Assembly (NCBI RefSeq): GCF_006345805.1
Contig: NW_021826399.1
Location: forward strand, 1 to 13,072
From: Octopus sinensis
Taxonomy: Eukaryota
DNA length: 13,072 nucleotides
Direction: 5' to 3'
The notes beneath the pieces were generated by a model that did not search any database, was not told the origin of the DNA, and saw only the letters and a program-made list of their open reading frames with translations. The translations under genes and the position numbers were made by a program. This document shows positions 1 to 8,346 of the stretch, one piece after another. How positions within the stretch are numbered: the first letter of the stretch is position 1; each line of letters begins with the position of its first letter.

Positions 1-200
1 TAACTTAACTCCATGTACTTACACACACACAAGGAAGCACACATACACACGCACGTACACACAGAGGGACCAGACCATAATTATACATACAAATATATGG
101 ACACACGAAAGCATGCAGTGTGTATCTAAGTACATATAAATCATAGGAATATATGCGTAAATATATAAATATACACGTGTATATCTATGCAGAATTATCG

Positions 201-208
201 TGAATTAC

Positions 209-248
<40 letters not shown>

Positions 249-723
249 TATATATATTATATATATATATATTATATATATATATATATACATACATATA
301 TATTACATAATAAATATATAGGCATATATGTACACGCAACATATATATTATAATATATATATATATAATGTGTTGTTATTTGTATGCTTGTAGATATACA
401 AGGTATATATATTTATATATATATATATTTATATAGATATATATGAAGTATATATAAATATATATATTATATATATTATATTTATATATTGAAGTATATA
501 CATACGTACTTGCATATACACACATACATGCATGCATATATACTTTGGCCATTACATTGAAACCTGCATGTAATACAATTCCATAAAATACATATATTTA
601 AATGTAATTATGGAGTAAAGAGTATACAGTCAATTGGTAATATTGTATTTAACGTAATTGTCTACATCTAACGATGCTGCAGTTAACAAAGCGCAAAGGA
701 TGTCCACCAACACAATATATATA

Positions 724-778
<55 letters not shown>

Positions 779-1050
779 CATTCATACATACATAATATAT
801 ATATATGTAGATATATATATATATGGATATATATATATATATAAATAGCATACATAATACTTGATTATATTTGCATACATACATATATACATACCTACAT
901 ACATACATACATATATACATACAAAATACAAACATGATATGTATATATACAAAGACACGCATACTCTCTCTCTCATACACACACACACACACGTATATAT
1001 ATAGATAGATATATATATATATATCTTATATATTATATATATATATATAC
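201..1050. repeat. Cluster of (TA)n, (TACA)n and (CA)n microsatellites with a unique island at about 540-715
   Basis: Read directly; it accounts for the YIYI/CVCV ORFs. Confidence 0.9.
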
Positions 1051-1474
1051 GTATGTAAGTAGATTAATTCTTTACATATAAGTTTATGTAGATTTCCTTG
1101 ACAAAAAGTCTTGATTATAATTTTCTAAATCATATAGTATATATTATCATAAACACAGTCATAACTGTGTGCTTTAGAAGATCACAATTCCAAGCTTATG
1201 GCCCCATGCTCAGTCCTGCTGCACGGCAATTTAGGCCAATAGCAAACGACAGAGAAGGAAAATGGAATATATGTGAAAATCATTGCTCATAACGTTCGTT
1301 TCGACCCATCCTGCACCGATCTCTCACGAGTGAGATACTGTACAACTGGTTGTAGTGCACTGCTTGGTGTACGGAAGTGTATCCTCAGATAATTTTATCT
1401 CGTTAGATAAACTCTGTTCTTCTTGATTTTAGCACATGTCGTTAGAGACCGTGCCGTTAAGCTGTTGGGCCACA

Positions 1475-1523
<49 letters not shown>

Positions 1524-1820
1524 TAAGTAAAAAAGGAGACTTTCAATGGATATAGATGAATTTATTTATTAACATATTGCTAAGACTAGAGTTGTTTCAA
1601 TTTACACAATTTGCATTTTGAAGATTTAGAATAAAATATCACAGGGCTATCCCTGTAAGAGGTTAATATATCTCGCAGTGACTATATATATTATATATAT
1701 ATATATTATATATGCATACACGCTGTTTGTATGTATATATGTAAATATATATATATATATATATATAAATGTAAATATATGTCATACATACATATACGTA
1801 CATGCATACACACACACACG

Positions 1821-1860
<40 letters not shown>

Positions 1861-1862
<2 letters not shown>

Positions 1863-2242
1863 AGAGTAAGGAATGGAGTAGAGAAGATCCAGGCTAGATA
1901 TAGTTCATACCCAGCGGAACCTCAGAAGTGGTAAACATCTAAGCTAAGTGTATATCGCAGGTTACCCTTCAAGCCAAGGGTATCTTGATTAACGAAAGTT
2001 TACATTGTTGTATGGAGGTACATGTTAACCCATAGAAGATTCGATCACGCATTTTGACCGAATCGACCTTGTGTTAACATAATCTTCCTATCGACAACGT
2101 AAACTTCATTTAATCAAGATACCTTTGGCCCGAAGTGTAGCCTGCAGTATACACCTCGCTTGAATATTTACTACTTCCGAGGTTTCGCTCGCTATGAAAC
2201 TTGTGTAGTCCGCATCTTATCTGCTCCATTGCTCAACTCTCG
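1861..2242. mobile_element. 382-bp foldback (whole-length palindromic) element, probably an old Tc1/mariner-type MITE
   Basis: Manual alignment of 1861-2047 to the reverse complement of 2055-2242 gives 139/188 identities with one 1-nt gap and a 7-nt loop (CGCATTT). TA flanks both ends (1859-1860, 2243-2244). Termini TA|CAAGAGT...ACTCTCG|TA resemble mariner-type TA|CGAG ends. The superfamily assignment is inference. Confidence 0.75.
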
Positions 2243-2459
2243 TATTTTCATTCGCAAACCTGGCAACAATGGTTGCCAACCGTGAAATATAAAACAATTA
2301 GTTTCAACTTATCGTACTGCTATACGAAAAAATCCACAACCTTGGCCTCCGCACCCAAAAATAAAACTATTGTTCCTGAAAGTTGCTTTTTATATTTTCT
2401 ATGGATTGCTTGAACCTAACTTCTTGTTGTACCTCGATCTTTGGATCTTACATTTATAT

Positions 2460-2646
2460 ATCTATACATAAATACATACATACATACATAATACAATATA
2501 TGTGTGTGTGTGTGTGTGTGGTGTGTGTGTGTGTCTCTCTCTCTCTCTCTATAATATAATATATATAATATGTATATATATGTATATATATGTATATATG
2601 ATGTATATATATATGTTGTATTATATATATATAATTATATAATATA

Positions 2647-2680
<34 letters not shown>

Positions 2681-2700
2681 TAATATATATATATATATAT
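2460..2700. repeat. Compound (TG)n(TC)n(TA)n microsatellite
   Basis: Read directly from the sequence. Confidence 0.95.
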
Positions 2701-2977
2701 ACTTACCTCCCTTACAAATCATCTGTTTTTCTCAGGAACTATTAGGCCTGACACCGTTCATTAATCGGTGTGCATTCAAAGCAATGAATAGCAACTTACG
2801 CCGGTATGCTTGAAATCTCTTTATTAATTTCACAATAATGACATCTTTTACTTTTATTCCTACCTCAGTTCATCTAATTGTATATGTCTTTTTTTACTTT
2901 CCCCTACATTACCACGTGTAGTTTCTATTTGCTTTTTGTAACATATTTCTATTATACACACACACACACACACACAC

Positions 2978-3014
<37 letters not shown>

Positions 3015-3021
<7 letters not shown>

Positions 3022-3294
3022 AGAGGGATGACCACTAAGTGGACATCCATTATGCTAGAGGTAGACCCATATGGTCTGACCACTATGAAAATATTGTTCT
3101 CAAGAAAATCCAGCAAACGCCAGAACCTAAGCGAGAAATGAAAGGATACAAATTATAAATATAGATTTTGTATCTTTTCATTTGTTTTGCTCGCTTACGT
3201 TTGTTGAATTTCTTCTTTTCTTAGTGGTCAGACCATATGGGGGTCTACCTCTAGCATAATGGATGTCCACTTAGTGGTCATCTCTCTTATATGT
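3015..3294. mobile_element. MITE / foldback element with about 70-bp near-perfect terminal inverted repeats
   Basis: 3015-3085 matches the reverse complement of 3222-3294 with 1 mismatch and a 2-nt indel in a C/G run. Inner inverted pairs are 3136-3152/3167-3183 (16/17) and 3128-3135/3190-3197. It sits in TA-rich flanks, so the exact ends and TSD (TA or TATA) are ambiguous. Confidence 0.9.
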
Positions 3295-3477
3295 ATGTAA
3301 TACAATTTTTCTGAATCCTCAGATTTATCAATATGCTAGGCCACTGATTTTAAATTGATATTAATCAAATTAATATTCAATTTTTCACCCTTATTATTTA
3401 AATTTATATATATATATATATGAGAAATTAAAAAATGAAAATACGCATACTTACATAGTTTTAATATAATTTTTAAT

Positions 3478-3512
3478 ATATCGACCGGTTTCGCTATTGC
3501 TATTCATGATAT
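3478..3512 (-). ncRNA. Degenerate minimal hammerhead-like motif of Penelope-like-element type
   Basis: The minus strand reads AATATC ATGAATA GC AATA GC GAAA CCGGTC GATAT. This gives stem I ATATC/GATAT, a 7-nt core with 2 deviations from CUGANGA, a 2-bp stem II, palindromic ACCGGT and a GUC site. Confidence 0.4.
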
Positions 3513-3588
3513 TATGTTTTACTTATTTGAAAATGTATTTTTTCTTAAGAAGAACTTTGGTCCATGTTGTGTGTGATGAAACTCACGA

Positions 3589-3626
<38 letters not shown>

Positions 3627-4426
3627 TCATACACATACACGCCACACACATGCGTATATGTTTTTCTTAAATAGTCTGACGATGGCTTCACTGGCCAAGA
3701 CTCCGAAGCCATTGTCAATAGCATTCTTGTCTAAGAGTAATAAATTTTTACTCTGCAAAAATATAGTGTAAACCATCAGATTAATGTAAAATTGCTTTTA
3801 TCATAACTATATATAAAAACAAATATGTGTGTGTATACTTGTATTGTGTATGTGTGTGTGTGGTATTTGTGTGAGCATGTGTGTCTGTGATTGTATTCTT
3901 TGTATTATCTACATTATATTAAATAACGTTACATTGTTTAAAGTTCTAGAATAACAAGCAGCGCTACATTATGTTCTACAAAATAATATGTTATATTTTG
4001 TTGCATCGTATAAAATTATAGTCATTACATTATTTTACATCGTTTATAATATTATGTAGATTGACATATTATATTAAATGATATATCACGTTGTATTATA
4101 TTACATGTTCGCGATTATATAATACACAGTTTATAGTTGTATCGCGTTTTTTACTAACCTCATTTCCTTATTCATTTGTAACTAAATCTTTTGTAAACTA
4201 TACTGTACATCTCATACATGTACAACATTAAAAACTTCTGTTTTAGTATTGATATTTTATATCAAAGGCCAAAATTGTTATGTAATATGATGTATGAGTG
4301 ACTTTGTATTTCATGATCGCTTTATATTATCTTTCAAGCGTGTATAGATGTAACTCAATATTTAATGTTTTGTACCTGTATGTATACAGCAGTGAATAAG
4401 CTTATACATGCGTGTGTTTATATATC

Positions 4427-4746
4427 CAGGAACGTATTTGAACCATGGGTGGCACTTCAAATTCGGTGACCGCCCCTCATGGACGAGAATAAAAATCAAA
4501 AGTGACTTTTAATGGAATGAATTGATGTCACTAATGTAGTTAAAACTTAGGTTATTTATAATAAAAGAGGGACCGTTACATTTTAAAGATATGTTTGTTT
4601 ATTGAAAGAGAACCTCTGCATGCAAGATTGCTGAGAGGTGGCGTCTCCTCTATTGCGTGCTACATACCCTTCATAGCAAGAGATTCCTATATTTAGTTGA
4701 TTCCAAGGGCAATTGCCCTCTTCAACCCCCTATAAATCCGGCCCTG
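4427..4746. mobile_element. hAT-like non-autonomous DNA transposon (MITE)
   Basis: The right end reads CAGGGCCGGATTT on the minus strand, a typical hAT-type terminus. The left end CAGGAACGTATTT matches it at 10/13. Flanking 8-mers TATATATC / TATATATG match 7/8, consistent with an 8-bp TSD, although low complexity. A subterminal palindrome GGGCAATTGCCC lies at 4707-4718. Confidence 0.55.
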
Positions 4747-4907
4747 TATATATGTGAGATTGCATACATATGTCAGAGTAAAAATACATACGCACACACT
4801 CGCGCGAACACGCACTCACACACTTTTCTCTGTGTATGTCGGCATGAGTGCGTGTGCATGTAAATATATCTATATATATAATCAATATATAATGAAGAAT
4901 GAACTTT

Positions 4908-5018
4908 AGGTTAGTTAAAATAAGTACCAGTGAAGTAACTAGGGTCGTTATAATTGACGAGTCCTTCCCCACAAATATCAGGCCGTATGCCTCTAGCAGA
5001 ATGAATCAGTATTATTAT
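4908..5018 (+). mobile_element. 5'-truncated SINE fragment, same family as 7004-7185
   Basis: AAAATAAGTACCAGTGAAGTAACTAGGGTCG aligns with AAATAAGTACTAGTTACACACTGGAGTCG in the 7004-7185 copy. It ends in TAGCAGAATG plus TATTATTAT, like GTAGAAAGG plus (TAT)n in that copy. Confidence 0.7.
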
Positions 5019-5019
5019 C

Positions 5020-5265
5020 ATTGCCTTTGCACAGCTTTTAACGCTGGAGATTTTCTACTGTGTCAGCTGTTCACTACCAGTCCTACCTATTTTTTCCAGC
5101 AACTTCTGTTGTGGCTACATGGAATTGATTGTGTAGTCCCTGGTTGCGTAGTTCTTCTTCATGATCTTTTTGTTCTTTTGTTTTCCCTTTATTCTCTGCA
5201 CTCAATACTCCTTCCTAACTATCGCGAGCAAGGTTTCCTTACTTTGGGATAGGTTCCTTATAAAC
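5020..5265 (-). pseudogene. Decayed fragment of an R4/Dong-like non-LTR retrotransposon ORF (linker upstream of the zinc knuckle), from a different subfamily than its neighbours
   Basis: The minus frame reads EGVLSAENKGKTKEQKDHEEELRNQGLHNQFHVATTEVAGKNR*DW**TAD. This resembles the (W/Y)xxKxLHGQF...SWxW linker that precedes LKxETE in RLE-clade elements. It contains several stops. Assigned by motif recall only. Confidence 0.5.
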
Positions 5266-5285
5266 TCACGAGTTCGATACGAGTT

Positions 5286-6049
5286 TGTTTTAAAATTTGA
5301 GATTACATAGACAGTACTTTACGTAGAATATGGGCAGTTCCCATGAGCACTATCCAATTTCTTCCATTTTTGTGTTTCCTGGTATCTGAGCTAGGTAGCA
5401 ATCATCCCCTTTTACTATTATTCCTAGGGTACCCACGACAACAGGTATTGTATTAGTCTTGAGGTTACACATTCTACCAATTTGTTTTCAAGTTCTTTAT
5501 GCTTGCTCAGTTTTGGGTAGATCGTGATAGATACATTTATATCGATTGGGACAGTCACATCAATGAGGAGGCACGATTTTTGTATGAAGTCTTTCTGGCC
5601 TATTCGCATCTATCTTTCTGTCAGTTCGAATGGTTCCAGAGGAGTGAGATGTGATCATTTTCAAACACTGGAGGTGGTTTGTGTTCCCACTAGTTTTTAT
5701 CATGGGGCAGGTCCACGTTTCTGCAAATAACTCAGTGAATATTTTGTGCTTCTCTATCATGTCTGTTGAGATACTATGTAGGCCCAAGTAGACTGCACAT
5801 GGAGACAACATGATCAATGGTTTCATTTTGGTGTTGACATACACGACATGTTGGCCAGCTGCTGCTCTTTAATATGTTGGCCTGGTAATTTCTTGGAGGT
5901 AGGCATTGATTTTGGTCTGCTATGATAAACCCTTCTGTTTCTGATTTTAAGCCAGAAGACACTAACCTTTGATGTGTAAGGGCTTTGTCAACATCGGCAC
6001 TATTAGCTCTTTTGAGAGGTTTTCCTTACCATTTATCAGTAAGAGTATC
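5286..6049 (-). mobile_element. 5'-truncated, disabled R4/Dong-type (RLE) non-LTR retrotransposon: linker, CCHC zinc knuckle and restriction-like endonuclease
   Basis: The minus strand translates to DKW*GKPL..KRANSADVDKALTHQRLVSSGLKSETEGFIIADQNQCLPPRNYQANILK...CRVCQHQNETIDHVVSMC (CxxC-H-C knuckle), then RTDRKIDANRP..CLLIDVTVP..KLSKHKEL and ends VLMGTAHILRKVLSM* (stop at 5303-5305). It carries multiple stops and frameshifts. Confidence 0.9.
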
Positions 6050-6059
6050 TAAGGTAGCA

Positions 6060-6137
6060 GCGGGCATATGGCGTAGTGGTTAAGAGCGCGGGCTACTAAC
6101 CCCAAGATTCCGAGTTCGATTCCAAACAGTGACCTGA
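6060..6137 (+). mobile_element. tRNA-derived SINE head with RNA polymerase III A and B boxes (not a functional tRNA)
   Basis: A box TGGCGTAGTGG (6069-6079), B box GAGTTCGATTCC (6112-6123) and an anticodon-like loop CTACTAA. The anticodon stem has only 3 bp, the T stem is broken and there is no acceptor stem. It is followed by an (AAC/AAT)n tract. Confidence 0.85.
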
Positions 6138-6184
6138 ACAACAACAACAATAACAATAAAAATAATGATAATAATAATAATAAT

Positions 6185-6721
6185 ACTTCACCATTCAAAC
6201 TGACAGAGAGATAGATGCAAATAGGCCAGACATCATATTGAAAGATTTCAGACAAAAATCATGCCTCCTCATTGATTTGACTGTCCCAATCAATATAAAT
6301 GTATCTGTCAAGACCTACCAAAAACTGAGCAAATATAAAGATCTTGAAATAGAAATTAGCAAAATGTGGAACCTGAAGAAGACTAAAACAATACCTGTTG
6401 TCATAGGTGCCCTGTGTATGATAGCAAAAGGGGCTGATTGTTACCTAGCTCAGATATCAGGAAACCCCAAAATGGCAAAAATTCAAAAGATAGTGCTCCT
6501 GGACAATGCTCATGTTCAACGCCAAATACTTTCTATGTAATATCAAGTTTTAAAACAAACATAATTTTCTTATGGTTTCTTAAACATTCTCTAGAACAAC
6601 ACTATGTACCAAACCAAATATATGGCACCCTAGGCATAACACCAACATGAACTTCCAACTTGTTGTCTCTTGAGGTTTCTGGGTGAGACTTGAACAAATG
6701 TAAAGCAAAAGTCAAACATAG
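6185..6721 (+). mobile_element. 5'-truncated R4/Dong-type retrotransposon 3' end: RLE domain plus 3'UTR, flanked by (AAT)n
   Basis: Open frame 6187-6540 reads FTIQTDREIDANRPDIILKDFRQKSCLLIDLTVP...KLSKYKDLEIEISKMWNLKKTKTIPVVIGAL...QILSM*, with the PD-(D/E)xK-type RPD...D...KxxKY endonuclease motifs. About 180 nt of 3'UTR follow, then an AATAATAAT tail. Dong elements are known to target TAA repeats. Confidence 0.92.
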
Positions 6722-6754
6722 AATAATAATAATATTAATAGTAATCATAACAAC

Positions 6755-6900
6755 ACATCGAAAAATACCTTAGGAATGAGAACCCAGGTTCGAAATTTCC
6801 CCAAGGCACCTGAAAAAGGCTGGAGAGTATATCAGCCGAAACGTTGTGTCAACAACGAACAAGTTGAAGACAAAAATTCGTCGAATGTAAATAATGTAGA
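6755..6900 (+). mobile_element. SINE body/tail, probably the continuation of the 6060-6137 head; contains a hammerhead-like motif
   Basis: Non-repetitive segment ACATCGAAAAATACCTTAGG...AATAATGTA directly after the second (AAT)n tract. Linkage to the head is inferred from the AAT tracts on both sides of the Dong insert and from recall of an octopus SINE with this head-(AAT)n-body layout (unverified). Confidence 0.6.
6805..6850 (+). ncRNA. Minimal type I hammerhead-ribozyme-like motif, degenerate in this copy
   Basis: Stem I GGCAC/GTGTC (6805-6809/6846-6850, one G-U). Core CTGAAAA plus an extra A (consensus CUGANGA, so G8 is A here). Stem II GGCTG/CAGCC, then GAAA, palindromic AACGTT as helix III, and a GUU cleavage triplet at 6843-6845. 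Confidence 0.6.
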
Positions 6901-6906
6901 AGTCCA

Positions 6907-6982
<76 letters not shown>

Positions 6983-7003
6983 ATTATTATTATTATTATT
7001 ATT
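6907..7003. repeat. Compound microsatellite (TTA)n(TTG)n(TTA)n
   Basis: Read directly from the sequence. Confidence 0.97.
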
Positions 7004-7185
7004 AAGGCGGTGAGCTGACAGAATCGCCGAGCGAAATGCTTAGCAGTATTTCTTCTGCCGCTACGTTCTTGAGTTCAAATTCCGCCGAGGTCGACTTTGC
7101 CTTTCATCCTTTCGGGGTCGATTAAATAAGTACTAGTTACACACTGGAGTCGATGTAATAGACGTTGTGCTCCCAGTAGAAAGGG
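7004..7185 (+). mobile_element. tRNA-derived octopus-type SINE (OK/OR1-like by recall) with a Nin/Deu-like central domain, internally deleted near the 3' end
   Basis: Head GGCGGTGAGCTGACAG, B box GAGTTCAAATTCC (7071-7083) and central CCTTTCATCCTTTCGGGGTCGATTAAATAAGTAC resembling the Deu/Nin SINE domain. It has a (TAT)n tail and TTA repeats on both flanks. Confidence 0.85.
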
Positions 7186-7188
7186 TTA

Positions 7189-7226
<38 letters not shown>

Positions 7227-7685
7227 TATTATTATTATTATTATTAAAATGGCTTACTTTATGTAAGTCATACGGTTTTGGATGTCACAGTTCTCTAATG
7301 AAATGAGCTTAAAGAAATGGAGATCCTAAAACAAAAGAAAACTACCACAGTTTATGAAGAAGAAATTATAAAAATATTAAGAAAAAATTCAAGATCCTCG
7401 CATATAAACGGTATATGCAAACAAAAGATCACCTCCACCAAAAAAAAAAAATAATAATAACTAGGAAAAAACAAGAGAATAATAAAAAAAGGCAACACCA
7501 TGAACACTGGCATTTCATTATTATTGATATCTATAATACTATCATGAGATGGCAGTCTCAAAGATTTTTCGATGTTTGGAGTGAGGTAAAGGTGGGTATC
7601 AGGTGGTGGTTGGAAGTCAGTTTGAATGCGCGATAAGAAGAGACAAGACAGGTCTTTTAACTTTCTTACCAGCTTGCATCAAAAC

Positions 7686-7720
<35 letters not shown>

Positions 7721-7859
7721 ATATATATATATATATATATAAATAATAACGATACACACAAACAAATATAATACCTGTGTATAGAATATAAACAAAAAAC
7801 AAACATGTATATATATATATATGAAGTATTGGAGAAATAGAAATAAAGAAATATAGATA

Positions 7860-7900
<41 letters not shown>

Positions 7901-8308
7901 CATAAAATGAAGTGAAATAAAAACGAATTAATTATCTGCAATGAAAGACAGGTGCATTGATGCAATAAAAAGAGATATCAACTATAATGAAGAGATATTG
8001 TTTATCAAGTTATAGCCATTGATAGGATCTGATGCCACAAAATATTTTAGATAAGTTTGAAGTTTGCCTGGCTTGGGGATAAGGACGTAAGAGAAAGAGA
8101 TATGATGCGGCGGCGATGTCACATTATAAAGTGTTCTGGCGATGGAAGTGATGGCGATAATGTATTTTGTATTATTATATCATGCGTGCGTATGTGTGTG
8201 TGTATGTGTGTGTATGTGTGCATGTGTATATTGTGTGTATGCGTGTGTGTATTGGGTGTGGTGTGCTGGTGTTGTGCACATAAAGACGGAGGTAACTGCA
8301 TGTTTGTT

Positions 8309-8346
<38 letters not shown>

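Noticed and set aside
1281-1332. Third hammerhead on the minus strand (CTCGTGA...GGTCGAAACGAACGTT)
   Set aside because: The core has two changes in the invariant CUGA and stem I does not close in register.
1641-1656. GC hairpin ACAGGG-CTAT-CCCTGT as a Helitron 3' end
   Set aside because: CTAA lies 11 nt downstream on the minus strand but is followed by A rather than T, and no 5' TC end can be defined.
2701-2880. Minus-strand exon ending at a GAG|GTAAGT donor (2706)
   Set aside because: All three frames contain stops and there is no polypyrimidine acceptor upstream.
3890-4130. Recurrent TACATT/TTATAT words
   Set aside because: Best explained as a decayed AT-rich simple repeat with no regular unit or spacers; it is not CRISPR-like.
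1323-5272. CTCACGAG occurring three times (about 1323, 3583, 5265)
   Set aside because: The short word lies in unrelated contexts with no shared flanking similarity.
6060-6135. Functional tRNA gene with anticodon ACT
   Set aside because: There is no acceptor stem, the T stem is broken, the anticodon stem has only 3 bp, and it runs into a simple-repeat tract, as expected for a SINE head.
7247-7680. Purine-rich stretch with a short K/E-rich frame (ELKEMEILKQKK...)
   Set aside because: It is short, compositionally biased, and has no motif or splice support.
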